Assembly (NCBI GenBank): GCA_964019425.1
Contig: OZ025802.1
Location: 682,001-746,000, forward strand
Source: Flectonema sp. DT1601
Lineage: Eukaryota
DNA: 64,000 nt
Direction of reading: 5' to 3'
Position numbers and translations under genes: made by a program. Below, in pieces: positions 48,011 through 60,855 of the stretch. The notes below the pieces were generated by a model, which did not search any database, was not told the DNA's origin, and saw only the letters and a program-made list of their open reading frames with translations. How positions within the stretch are numbered: the stretch's first letter is position 1; every line of letters starts with the position of its first letter.

Positions 48011-49495
48011 GTTAATGGAGGGGTTTACCCCCCTCTCTCTCTCTGGGTTTGTTGTTTACCTTGTCAGTAAGAAATTACGTAATTACAATTGAGATTGTTA
48101 AAACGACACAACTGTTGACAGAATGCTATTTTTTTTAATATTAAATCGACTCGTTAAAGGTTAAACCTAATTGCCTTAGCATCAAAAGCTTACCAGGTTG
48201 TCCCCTTACAATGGAATAAAACAAAAGTATTAAGAAGTCGATATAACAACGTTAGTGGACTCAGTTTTCTTAGGATGGTTGTAGCAGTGATGTAGTCACT
48301 ACATCCTTGAGATCCTGATCCCTAATGTAATTAAACAAAAGGGGAAATCAGAATTTATGTCAAAAAACCAAGTATTTTGTGTTTTTTTTTTTTTATTCAG
48401 GAGAAATTATAAATAAGTTGACAACGTCTGTCAGAGGCCTTTTCGTAAAGAGCTCCTCAGTAATGGGGGGGGTGTGCCAACAAATCCAAAATTTAATTTT
48501 GCTCTTTATTATAAATATGTCACTTAATACACAGAAAGAAAACACACTGAAAGGTAAAGTCGTCCTCTCTGTTCTTTTTTTTTATTTTTTTTTTTTTCAG
48601 TTCGGAACATCGATAAAAAGGAAACAACCTAATATAAAATAAAAAGACAACAGCACATTATACGCACCAATATATTGGTAATCATCATACAGACCAAGTG
48701 ACAAGGTTAGGTTTAAAGAAAACAAATCAAACAAATTTAACGAACCTGGTTAGCTAAAAAGCTCTCAGGGAGAGAGAAAAAACAAAAAAACAAAAAACAA
48801 AACTATTCAGATTAGCCTTATATTTCGTTGAACGCCAAACAGAATCCTTGTCGCAGGAAATGAGACCATGACTATAAGAAAATATCGGCTTTTAATCTGA
48901 ACAGTTTCTTCTCCGACTACGTCGGTATAAACAAATATAAATAAAAAAAAAAAAAAAAAAAAGGTTTTTTTTTGCACTTCACAAATAATAAAATATTTGG
49001 CACATACGTAAACCACGTTAGCTTTCTCAGGTTGAGATAAGACAGAACTAAGTCAGTCACGGTTTCGTGCACAAACAGTTTTCGCAAAAAGTCATTTTTA
49101 AAACTCTGACGGGTAAAAGTCGACAAAAGTAACGAAGTTAACTAAACAAGAATCTGATTGTATACAAAAAAAAAAAAAAAAAAAAATTCTAAGTTGGCCA
49201 AAACTAATATATGCTTGTAAGCACACATAGTTAATATTTTCGAGCACAACCGCAACCGAATTGGGGGGGTCTTCGTGCTGCCAACAGCAGAATGATGCAA
49301 GTAATGAAGAATAATTAGTAAATCACACCAGGGAGAGAGAAAGGATAATTATTTGGATGGTTAAAATAAAAAAAAAAAAAAATACCACCCATAAAAACAG
49401 CAACCCAGAGGGGTAGGTTTATTTATTAGTTCGGTAATAATATTTAAAAAAAAAGAAAGTTCTAAATTCTGAGACAGACGGTTGATATGACATAT

Positions 49496-52216
49496 TTAAA
49501 CCGAAAAAGCCTCCCGCAGACGATCACGGGAATCCATTTCTCGATCGAGGAGGGGTTCTTTTCCTTTCTCAGAAAACCACAGAGACCCATCACGGTGACT
49601 ACCTGACGAAGTAGCTGATCCACCAGTTCCATGTGATTGCCAGGAGTTAGGAGTCTGAGCTCGATAAGCGTTATTTTTACGTTTCTGTCGTTTACTTGTA
49701 TTCCGATATTTCAAACCAGATTTATGGCCTTGATAAAACGGAAGCGGAGGCTGATCCTCAGGACGAGTAGAAATACTATCCGTCCTCTCTATTACAAAAG
49801 GTTGATCAACTATGTCACGGACGGCATTTCCATTTTCAATCGGATCGATTGTTGGAGTCTTAACGAGTTCATCTGTGGCTTGATCACTCTTTTCTTCATT
49901 CTTTTTATCAATAAAATATTCAAATGGGACAGTTCTCAATATTTGTAAAGCCTCCGTCATTCGATGAGTCATTTTATGACAATACCTTTGAGAGATGTTT
50001 AACATTGCTGCACTTTTCTCATCAACGGCAACAACCTTACTAATTCTACAGTACAAGACTTCTAGCTCTCCCGGAGTGAGAATTGTCGAGAGCGCTTCAG
50101 AAACCTCAGTCCAAGTAATATAAGTATCATTGTATGCTACTACAGCATCACTTAGAGACGGATGACCCCCAGTCATCAACTCAATTTTTCTATGAGCCAA
50201 TATTTTTATACAATCCGTTATTTCTGTAAAATTCCTTCTCAAACCAGCTGACCTCATAACCGATTGACTTTCATTTGTTAACGCACCCTTTAGTCTTAGA
50301 TACCCTTTACTAAATCCTTTCGTCACTACTTCATATAATGACCTGTGGGCACCAGATGCGGCCTTTCTGTAAAAAGCTTGTTGCTGAACGACTAAAATAA
50401 ACGCGTTTGACAATGCGGCGATAACCATGTTCAAGAGGACAATGTAAGATAACAGGAAATAAGAAAGCATGTAGATAGGCGATGCTACTGGATGCATTTT
50501 GAACAAATCATTCCAAGTACCTCCTACGATTTCACCAGCGAATAATATTTGAAGTAAATACGAGCATGACGTTCCAAAAGAAGCGAATTCTTTAATTTCC
50601 CAAGCGTACAACATCGTTCCTCCAACAGCATATGCGCTGAGCACAATCATAAAGATAATGAACATACCTGCTAAGTCACCTGCTGCTGTTCTGACTGTTT
50701 CTGATAATACACAAAGTCTTTGATTGTACTGAAGGTATTTAAAAACACGAAGATAACTGAGAACGATAACACAAGCAGTCCATGCCCATGATGACCTCCA
50801 AGCTTCACTATATTCAACAAGAGTTTGAAACATCAGTGAAACACTATCTCCATTAGAATCATAAAAACCACTCGCTGTTATATCTTTACTACGTATCCAA
50901 AGATCTACTCTATGGTAACAAGTCACAACATGAGATGCAATGTGGACTAATTCGAATATTTCCCACAAACCAACTGGAGCATGACCTGGTACTCTCATCC
51001 ACGTAAAGTTATCCCTAACAGTCCTAATAGAACTCCATAGTAGTGACGGAGTTATAATACAGAGATGGATTAGATCCAATGCGAAGATAGTTTTCTCGCT
51101 CGCTGAATCCAATGTCATTATTGGAAATGGTCTCGACTGATAACCAGTCAGTAGTCTTCCAGTGTGAAAGAACTCAATATAAGCCGTGTTGCTAACGTAT
51201 GTTCCGGTACTTGGGTTTAAAAAAACACCATCTAGGGTTATTAGTCTCGTCTCTGGTGAAATCCAGATTCCAGTTCTTAGCGCAGTGAGATTCGCGCTGA
51301 TTTCTTCTAATTTACTTGAGAGAGGTAATCTTATACTCGATTGCTTGGAAGGTTCGAAATAATGAACAGTTGTAGTCACACCTGCTCCGAGATGCTTTAT
51401 CCCCCTCTCATCATCAGAGAGGAATTGTTTATTTGATCCGAAGGCTACTTCTGCAGCATCTGCATTTGAATATCTGGTGTTTTGTTTGTTATTTTATTAA
51501 AGTGATTGCAATAACATAAAAAAAACAAGGACTCCGCGTAATTTTTTCACAAAAAAAACGCAATGTAAAAAACAACGTGAACAGGAAAGTTGTCAGAAAA
51601 CCCTAAAAAACACATACCGACGAGGACATGATTTCGGAAGCTTTATTCTTAGCTCAGGTGCTATGGCTTGTAATCCAGAACTGCCAGTACAGTTTTTTTC
51701 ATGAACTCTCCATTGTCTCAGAAGTAAGAATCCAAGAGCGATATTATGCCTGCCAGTGCTGGACGCTACGCATGCTCCGGCATCTCTTGAACATGGAAAA
51801 GGACAATTAGTCGTATTATGGATCCTGCAAACTTCATCAGCAGTGCTGTTGGTACCAGAATCAACCCAAATACTACTTAGAGATGAGTATAACCAAGTCC
51901 ATACTTGGTCTGGGTCTTTAATTAGCTTTAAGTCTTCACGGTGAAATACATCGCTGACAGCGAAGTTCTTATCAGCGGTTTCGTTGTACCAAGCGTCACC
52001 TAAACCTGTTAGTCCTACTAGTAAGGTTAATACTGTTAAGAAACAAACATAGAATGGTAGCCTTCGATAGTGTTTTGTCTTCTCCATGTCTCTCAGTAAG
52101 AATAATAATAATTGACTGACAGACATTTCTCTTTCAGTCACTTGTTCTTGCATCCTCCGATCTGCTGAACTTGCGCTGCGGATACTAATGATGTCATCTG
52201 TGAGTTTATCTTCCAT
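49496..52216 (-). CDS. Polycystin-2 (PKD2/TRPP)-like cation channel (~858 aa, two exons)
   Basis: Exons 52216-51618 and 51473-49496 joined across a 144-nt GTATGT..CCAG intron (phase 2). LLLRQWRV..C, WISPETRLITLD..LNP, LRVFKYLQYNQRL..LSETV..A..DL, YAVGGTMLY..EF, VLLNMVIAAL. Confidence 0.88.
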
Positions 52217-53451
52217 TTTCGCTACATGATTTTGTGTATTTATAAAAAGTAGAATAGCCTGTTAAGAAAAAGAATACATTTTTTTTTTTTTTTTTAAAAA
52301 CACGAAACAAAAACATATATAATTCAGAAAATTATATATAAATGGGTTCATAAAATACAATTATTATCATGCGTCACTTGCTACAATAAAACTTACCCCA
52401 CCTTTTTTTTTTTTTTTATATATTTTTTTATTTTTTATATTTTTTTTTTCGGATTTCACAAACAAAGATAACAAAACCATAATGAAAAAAAGGCACTTTT
52501 TAGTACCATAACAAAGAAGAAAAAACAAACATAAAAATCCAGAACTGGTTTTTAAAAAATTTTAAATTGATCATCCAGAAAGGAGAGGCGTTCTGTCTAT
52601 ATTCTGAACTAGAGTTCTGACGTAGATGCACGTTGTCGACCGAATAAAAAAAAATAGAAAAAAAACAACCCCAACCCAACTACAGGGTAGAGACCATATA
52701 CAATACCATGTCAATCTACCACCAGCGCAGTTGGATGGGGGGTGTGACTTAGATTTTATTGTTAACATGGATATTCTCATGTTGTTATAAAAAGTCCTAT
52801 CACGTATGTAACAGCGAAGAAAACCCTCTTCTTTTTATTGAGGTCAGATAGAAAGGCCACAACAACGAAGTCTCTTCTCAACACAACACGATGATCTATT
52901 CAAATTAGTGAAATTATCACCAGAGTACGTAAACTCTGAATTATGAAGTTTTTGGTTTAGTTTTTTTTTTTTTTTTTGAAAATATAACAAAAGAGTTTTT
53001 TTTTTAAAGGAAGGGGGGGAGAATGCAAATGTTTTGAACAAACGACACATGTTGGAGAGCTATATATAACAGGTCGGCGTTTTTCAATTCTATTTATTAA
53101 TTATATCAGGAAGAAATGATTGTAGCACCCATCCGATCACTGCGACTATCAACTCCACAGTCTCACAGCAATTGGAGCAACTGGTAGGGTTCAGAGAAGG
53201 TGCTACTCCGTCACCGTTGTTGTTGTTTTTTTCTTTCTTTCTCATGCCAAGCTCCCTACGAGACATTTTCTCGTAGGTAGCCAACAACCGATAGATTATG
53301 TAAGTAACGTATCCGAAAAACGATAAACTTTCTGTAACGAAAAATGAGGGGGGTTAACTGTTTGATTTTGTACGTAAAATACCCGCAAACCCGCAAAATG
53401 AGGGGGGGAAAAAAAGAAGCGCTGCGTTTATATTAGCGTTCGATGAAAGAT

Positions 53452-56146
53452 TTACCTTCGCAGCCGTGGGAGACTATGGTTGAGGATATTAGTTCCTGTT
53501 TTTTTTTTTTTTTTTTTTTTTTTCCTCAACTTTTCTATTACCGTATCCAAGAAACACTTCTAATGACATACCTCCAGCAAGCTGACGCATTGCATCTTCG
53601 ATTCCTTGAAGGCGATCAGAGAGAGAATCAATAGCTTGAGTTTGAGTTCGTTGTTGTAGAGACATCGCCATGATCTTTGCATGAACAGCTGATAATTTAT
53701 CAGACTGTGTTAAAGGACTAATTGGATCTTCTGTTCTATTTAAACTCGCAACCGACGGAGATGGTGAAATACATCTAAACGGAGATGGTGATCTCCTCTG
53801 AGGTTGTGGTGGTACTTGTGAAAGACTATTCTGCTCTGCTAACATAACGTCTGGTGTTGTTAACATAGTTTGTTGAAATGTTTGAGAAGATTGAGGAACA
53901 GGTTGTGGTTTTAATGATTGAACAGTCTCAGCTATTTCTGTTAGCAGTCCGATCATCTGAGTGTCAACAATTCCTTTTCTTTGATCTCCTCTTACAACAG
54001 AATCGAATATCTTTTGTGAAGTACTCACATTTTGTAAATCTTTTCTAGTTCTGCTTCCTTCAGAATCATGGATTTCATTCTTAAGTCTGGCTAACAGCGT
54101 TGACATTGTTTTTAGTCTTGTCCATAATTTCTTCATTTCTCGACCTTGACGCTGAACTAATGAATGAGTTCTGGATACCATGTGATCTCTGTCAGCAACA
54201 GAATTCCCTCCAACTTCCAACATTCTAAGACGGGCTTGTTTCGATAAAACTACAGCTCTGACAGTTTCTAGTTCCAAAAGAGACATGATTCCCTTCTTTC
54301 CAGCAACATAATCGTACCATATTCCATTCTTTACAGCCTTTTGTCTATCTCTATGATATAATTGACATAGTCTGAGTGAAGTCATATATCTGATCTTCGC
54401 AGACTCAAGTCTTTCAATATATTTTAATACTTCAGTATCGACTGGGGTAGGTTGGTATTTAACTGTGAGGATCGCTGCGAATAAATTTGTTATTATAACT
54501 CCGACTACGGCACCCATGACAGTGAGAGCCTTACCGAGATTTGTAACCGGAGCTATATCACCGTAACCGACAGTGGTGAACGTCACAAACGTGAAATAAA
54601 CTGAATTGTGAAACGTGTCAAACGACTCAGGCTGTGCCTCTCGTTCCGCAAAATATATAAGCAATGCACAAGTCAATAACGCAAGCAACATAACGATGGA
54701 GAAAAAAGTAAATGTATGACGAACTAATGTTGTCCTGATTGCAGTATGCCATCCTATCTCTGCCTCAATAAATCTGCCATTTAAATGTTTTTGATTAACA
54801 ATATCAAATCTATATCTGTAGCCAGGAGTGTTTAGGGCGTATGCTCTGAGAGTTGTGTACAGTCTGAGGACCGTTACACAAATTATATGTAAACCCCATC
54901 GTGAATGAGAATAATATGGAACAGGATAGATCAAGTGAATCGTCACTTCAATGAGAAGAGGTACCAGTCTTCCTCTGACGGTTACATCACTCCAACCACG
55001 TTCACCACCAATAAATGAAATGTTTGGGTTGCGAGATTTATCAAATCGAAGAGCAACCAAGTGGAATCTTATTATTAAAATAACAGTTAGAAGTGTTGTT
55101 GTTGATCCAAAGAATTGAAGAGGGACTTGAGCAGGTGAGGCATCACCTCCTGAGTCATTTCTTGTCAATGAAAGTAAAAACATCGCAGAAACAAGTCCTA
55201 CCGAACTAACAACTGCGATAGCTATGCTTTGAGTGCGAAGACTCTCGTCTCTATCGATGTCTTCTGTTTCATGTCCACATGATCTTCCTCTTCCAACAGC
55301 TCTGTGAAGATGTTGTTTAGTTCGAAGTTTTCCTTCCTTATCATGAAATCTTCCCAACGGTGGTGACCACATCGGTCCTAAGTCACGTTGACTATCTCTC
55401 AAAGTCTCACCACTAAAAGTATTAAAAGTCATATCATTTATTGATCTCATAAAAGTTAAATCACTCATAGCGGGTGAACCTCTGTCTGTTACAATTCTCG
55501 CTTTTTTTACCGAACCTCTTGAACACATACTACTTCTTCCAGCACCAAGTAAGTTCATAGCAGGTGGTGATCCAGGATCCAAATGATTTGATGATCCCCT
55601 TGGAGATCCTGTCAGTCTTAATTCAGTAACACTATCGTCATTTGATTGATCTGTAGTCTCTTTTCTAGCTAGTCTGATAGGTTGTGGTATTTCACATATC
55701 TTTCCTCCGTTTAAAGGAGCTGTCGTTGGTGTTAGTTTTGGAGTTGCTGAAGGTGTCACTGGAGTGACTTGTAGAATGGGCATCGTTGGAAGGTTCTCAC
55801 CGAATGAACTTTGACTATATCTTGGTCCTAGACGGTGAAATAATGGAAGTGTTTCTCTAGATTTAAACGGGGATATTTCTAATTGCGGTGGTGTCATTGC
55901 TGGCGAAGAATCATTTGTAGTAACTCCCGAATCCCTAATATTCCCGGCTGTTAACTTTATCGGGTCCATTCCATCCATCACAGTAGCTCCACCCTCACCA
56001 TCAACATTCAGCACGGTACACTTCTGCCATTCTCCGTGTATTTTCCCTTCAATATTACTACCCTTCTGAAGCCATCCATGGCCAGTGCTATTTCTCCATG
56101 CTTCTATACTGCCTCTTCGTTCTACGTAATTGCCATCACTAGTCAT
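53452..56146 (-). CDS. Six-TM K+ channel resembling small-conductance Ca2+-activated (SK/KCNN) channels (~872 aa)
   Basis: Selectivity filter TFTTVGYGDIAP, LIEVTIHLIYPVP, VLRLY, LIYFAERE; C-terminal coiled coil. 76-nt intron 53571-53496 gives final exon GTNILNHSLPRLRR*. Confidence 0.88.
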
Positions 56147-56892
56147 TTAAAGGAGACGTCATTATCTTAAAAGGGGGAGGGAGGGCAGACCTATCTAGAG
56201 TGGGGGTTGTTTCGATGATTTAATTAAACTTTTTATTGATACATAAATAATAATAATCTTTCTCGTTGTTGTTGTTGTTGTTTTTTTTTTTTTTTTTAAA
56301 CCAGTTCATTTTTTTAGTTACCTGAATTGAAGAGAGAAAAAAAAAACTCAAGTGATGTAGTAATCAGAATTGATCGTTTTCCTTTTCTTGAATCCAATGA
56401 TGTATAAAGAGGGTGAAAAAAAAAAAAAAAGAAAAAATAGTTATGAAATCCATAAGAGAAAAAAAGAAGGGGGGGAAAAAGAAAAACTAGCAAGATAAAG
56501 CGCCCTTAGATCTGTCACAGATAACATCGGGTTTAACGCTTTTTTGTTTATTGCAATAAAATATTTAATAAAGAAAAAAAAAAAAAAATGATTGCTATGA
56601 AGCCATGGGGAAACAATAAAAATAAAAAATTCAAGAAATTCAAAAAGATGAAAAAACTTTGATAAAACAAAAAAGGGGTTCGCGTGCGCGGGAATGAAAA
56701 AAAAAAAAACAAATATAACGCCAACAAGCGTGGTTTTGACTTTTTTTTTTTTTTTTTTTTTTTTTTTCCTTTTTTTTTTTCCCCTCCCCACTTGCACTCT
56801 CCACTATTTTTTTTATACTGACCCAAAGCATGGCAGAGATCGGACCCCAACACTTAGTTTGGTAAAGATGCATTTGGGTAACTACTTTACAT

Positions 56893-59013
56893 TTACTCCT
56901 TCTTCTCAAGGGAAACTGGTTCCGGAGTAGTGGCAAGAGCCTCTCCAATTAAACCAGTAATTCTAGTAAGGATGGATCTTGGGTCTTCCAAAAGGTTAGC
57001 TGAGATCAAAGCGTTATCGAATAACTGCTCAGATACCATTCTGGCCAATTCAGAAGACTTATCATCTCCGTTGACGACAGAAATGGTGTACAACTTTCTG
57101 ATGATTTCGTGCTTTGGGTTGACCTGAAGGTGGTACTTAACGGCTTCAGCACCTTCCTGACCAGCAATACCGTGAGTCTTCATAAACTTTTGCATTGACG
57201 CCTGTTCGTGATCAGTGATTAAAACAGGTGATGAAGTAAGTCTGCTTGAAACCTTAACACTCTGAACCTTTGTTGAAAGAGTTCTCTGTAAGTAGTCAAC
57301 AAGCTGTTCACCCTGTTCCTTGGTAAGCTCAGATTTCATCATATCAGCGAGTTCCTCTTTTTCAGAGTTCTTACCTTCGTCTTCAGTTGGGTCAGATGAC
57401 TCACAAGATACTAACTTGTGTTTCTTGTACATATCAAGATGGGTCATAACAATGTGATCAGCTGGGTGAGTCATAAATACGACTTCAATACCCTTTGCTT
57501 TAAATGCTTCATAGTAAGGAGACGCAAGACCAGTGTCACGGTTAGTAGTCTGAAGGTAGTAAATGTTGGTCTGGTTCTCAGGCATTCTCGCAATGTACTC
57601 ATCAAGTGAAACAGACTGACGAGTATCAGTACAGGCACTGCTGTTGTATCTTAAAAGACGAGCAAGATCAGTCTTGTTGATGGCGTCAGTGCAGACTCCT
57701 TCCTTCAAGAATTGACCAAAGTAGTCAAAGAACTGAGTGTACTGTTCTGAGTCTCTGACAGACTCATCGTGAAGCCATTTCAAGATCTTCTTTGTAATTA
57801 CTGAGCTCAACTTTCTCAACAAAGCACTGTCCTGAGCAGATTCTCTGCTCAAGTTAAGTGGAATGTCTTCACTGTCGACAACTCCCTTAACGAAACGAAG
57901 GTAGTCTGGTACAAGGGAACGGCACTTTGCCTGAATTAAAACCTTTCTACAATACAATGAAAGACCTGGTTCCATTCTTTGAAGGTTCATTCTCTCAGTG
58001 TGAGTGTTTGGTACGTACATAAGTGCGTTGATGTTAAGTGGGCAGTCAACTGAGTAGTGAAGCTTGAAACGAGGTGCGTCGTAGGCGTTGGCAATGAACT
58101 TGTAGAACTCAGTGTGTTCATCCTGGGTAACTTCATCACGAGGTTTCATCCATAAAGCTTCAACAGTGTTGATACGAGAACCGTTGAGGTAGATTTCGTA
58201 GGCTACGAAGTTGGAATACTTTTTGATGATTCTTTCGATAACAGTTTGAGCGCAGAAAGCAACTTCAGTTTCCTTAACATCGCAAACAATCTTAGTTCCC
58301 TTCTCAAGACCATCACACTCATGAATTGAGTACTTTCCGGCTCCCTCAGATTCCCAGCACCAACCGGTGGAACCCTTTTCAGCAGAGCGAGAGTAAACCT
58401 TAATAGACTTTGAGATCATGAAAGCCGAGTAGAATCCAACACCAAACTGACCAATAATACTGTCAGCAGCACTGCTTCCCTCTTGTAACTCCTTAACGAA
58501 GTTCTTTGATCCTGAGAAGCAAATGTTACCAATGTGTTTAGTCAATTCTTCTTTAGTCATACCAACACCAGTGTCTTGGATTGTGAACTGTCTAGTATCA
58601 CTGTTTACGTCAACTCTAATACATGGAGGTTGATCATCAGCTTCTGGTGACCACTGGTCTGGTTTAGTAATTTCATTGTGACGTCTCTTCTCAAGAGCAT
58701 CAGATGCGTTGGAGATCAATTCTCTGACGAAGATTTCCTTGTCAGTGTAGACTGAACGGATCACAATGTCGAGAAGTTGTTGGGTCTCAGCTTGAAATTC
58801 GAAGTTCTCACCTTCTCCGACAATCTTTTCGTTTGAAACAACCGGAGTCTTTTCTACCTCTTCTTCAACAACATCATCTTCAGCACTCTTAGCGCACCAT
58901 CTCTTTTGAAGGAGTGCTTCATGTCTGGTTGGTCTCACCAGAGTCGAGGATGAACTCAAACTGCTGTGAGCAGCTCCTCTGAGAGCCACGCGAGCCATCA
59001 TCGATCTCATCAT
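56893..59013 (-). CDS. TRAP1: Mitochondrial HSP90 (TRAP1/HSP75), ~706 aa
   Basis: Presequence MMRSMMARVALRG; FEFQAETQQLLDIV..SVYTDKEIFVRELISNASDALEK, IIGQFGVGFYSAFM, GVVDSEDIPLNLSRE; no MEEVD tail. Confidence 0.95.
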   Translation of the reverse strand: MMRSMMARVALRGAAHSSLSSSSTLVRPTRHEALLQKRWCAKSAEDDVVEEEVEKTPVVSNEKIVGEGENFEFQAETQQLLDIVIRSVYTDKEIFVRELISNASDALEKRRHNEITKPDQWSPEADDQPPCIRVDVNSDTRQFTIQDTGVGMTKEELTKHIGNICFSGSKNFVKELQEGSSAADSIIGQFGVGFYSAFMISKSIKVYSRSAEKGSTGWCWESEGAGKYSIHECDGLEKGTKIVCDVKETEVAFCAQTVIERIIKKYSNFVAYEIYLNGSRINTVEALWMKPRDEVTQDEHTEFYKFIANAYDAPRFKLHYSVDCPLNINALMYVPNTHTERMNLQRMEPGLSLYCRKVLIQAKCRSLVPDYLRFVKGVVDSEDIPLNLSRESAQDSALLRKLSSVITKKILKWLHDESVRDSEQYTQFFDYFGQFLKEGVCTDAINKTDLARLLRYNSSACTDTRQSVSLDEYIARMPENQTNIYYLQTTNRDTGLASPYYEAFKAKGIEVVFMTHPADHIVMTHLDMYKKHKLVSCESSDPTEDEGKNSEKEELADMMKSELTKEQGEQLVDYLQRTLSTKVQSVKVSSRLTSSPVLITDHEQASMQKFMKTHGIAGQEGAEAVKYHLQVNPKHEIIRKLYTISVVNGDDKSSELARMVSEQLFDNALISANLLEDPRSILTRITGLIGEALATTPEPVSLEKKE

Positions 59014-59487
59014 CTTATTGAAATGATCAAAGCAACTGAGGTGGAAAAATAAAATTATGAACACCACAATAAGTAATATCCTGTTCTCATTGACATTCGT
59101 TAACCATCGCATTGCATGAATTTGAATGGAGCAAATGTGTTCGACGAGTCTATTTGTTTTTTCTTTTTCTTTTTTTTTTTCTCAATAAATACTCTGGCGG
59201 CCCACCAGCACGGGTGCAAGCAGGCAATTATTGAGGGCCAGAATAAGGAAATAGTACCAAAACACATCTCTACGGAAAACTACAAGTTTTTTTTTTTTTT
59301 TTTTTTTCTTTCTTTCTTTTGATTATTTTTCGTTCTGTCTGTCTGCTTTTATGTTGTTTTAATATTATTTTCCGTTCTTATGCTTTTTATTCCTCTCTCT
59401 CTCTCTTTTACACGTAGTCAATCTCATGTTTTACGGGGCTATCCAGTGCGTGATAGACAGCACTGGGCCAACAAAACAAGTAAACGA

Positions 59488-59926
59488 GTACAACATGTCA
59501 AAAAGGTAACTAAATATCTTACTGAGGACTTACATCTCTGAAAAGGAAAACTAAAATAACAAATACCGCTGGAAGTCACGTGAACATAGTAGAGCATCTC
59601 TTGCCTATGCTAACGCTATATTATAATAAATTAAAAAAGTTGTGAGTGAGCAGTAATTTCTGGTGCGACAATACTGCAAAGCGGTTTTTTTTTTTACGTT
59701 GGTGGTAGTCAGTCAGAGAGCATCACATGATTATAAAAAGGTGATGGTTCGACAATGTAGAAATTGTAATAAAACTTTTTTTAAAAATAAATAAAAAACC
59801 ATTCAGATAAGCAGCCTTATATTTTGTTGATTGCAGCTAGTGTTACTGGCGCACAGGGAAATAGATAACATGACATAATAAATAACGGCTCTTAATCCGA
59901 ATAGTTTCTTCTCCGACTTTGTCGGT
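59488..59926. repeat. Longest copy of degenerate interspersed repeat family 1
   Basis: Segments align by eye to 29403-29587, 48799-48926 and 60540-60691 (which in turn aligns to 17985-18052), and weakly to 5665-5730. Confidence 0.7.
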
Positions 59927-59970
<44 letters not shown>

Positions 59971-60820
59971 AAAAATAAATAATAAGGTTTAGGGAATGAA
60001 AACGAAATTTAAAAAAGCAATAATAAACAGCAATGTAATCAAAAAAAAAAAAAAAAAAAACTTCTTTTTTGTCTTTTGGGGATCGAAAAACAAAATTCCC
60101 CAATCATGAATACAAGTCCTACTGGAACCCTTCAGAAGGAACCACCGATGAACGTTTTTTTCCATGAACATCTTTTTTTTTTTTTTTTTTTTTTTTTTTA
60201 GCATTCTGTTACAGTACACATCAAAGAATCGAAAAGAAAAGAAAATAATTTATTCACAAGTAATAATAAATACACGCAATTCATTTTTTATTTTTATTTT
60301 TATTTTTATTTCAATTTTTGTCAAAAAGCAGCAAGTGGAGGCTAGATAGGATCACATGCGCAAGTCAGTCGTTTTATCAATACCTCGTTATATGAAGAGA
60401 TTATCGATGTTTCTTTTTTTTTTTTTTTTTTTTTTCCTCGTTTCTGTTTCTCAAATCACTTATATACTAAAAAACCCCTTTCTTAGATTATTTTTTTTTT
60501 TTTTTGTAAAACTATGTACAAACTGGGCAGCATCATAACGTAACATATGCTGTGGATACAGTGCAATGGTGATATCAAAAACACTCAGAAAAAGCCTTTT
60601 ACGACAATAGTACTGGCACGTAGGAAGTAATACTGACATAGTAAATAAAGGTTCTTATTCCGAATTGTTTTATTTCTCCGACTTCGTTGGTGTGTGTGGG
60701 GTGTGTGGGAGAAAAAAGAAAAAAAAGAGAAAAAAAGAAGTTTGAGGAGGACAAGATCAACGCAGTCCATCGTACCATGAAAAATAGTAACATTTTAAAG
60801 TCTGCAAAAAAAATTGTTTA

Positions 60821-60855
<35 letters not shown>

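Noticed and set aside
53090..53287. 65-aa minus-strand ORF as an extra K+ channel exon
   Set aside because: The nearest donor/acceptor pair is out of phase with it; no support as an exon, and too short to call as a separate gene.
59522..59546. CTGAGGA...GAAAAGG hammerhead-like core on the plus strand
   Set aside because: Stems II and III cannot form, and the homologous 29.4-kb copy lacks the core.
59610..59621. CTAACGCTATAT, resembling the 5' end of a trypanosomatid spliced leader
   Set aside because: Only 12 nt, lacks the CAGTTTCTGTAC...TTG/GT remainder, and is part of repeat family 1.
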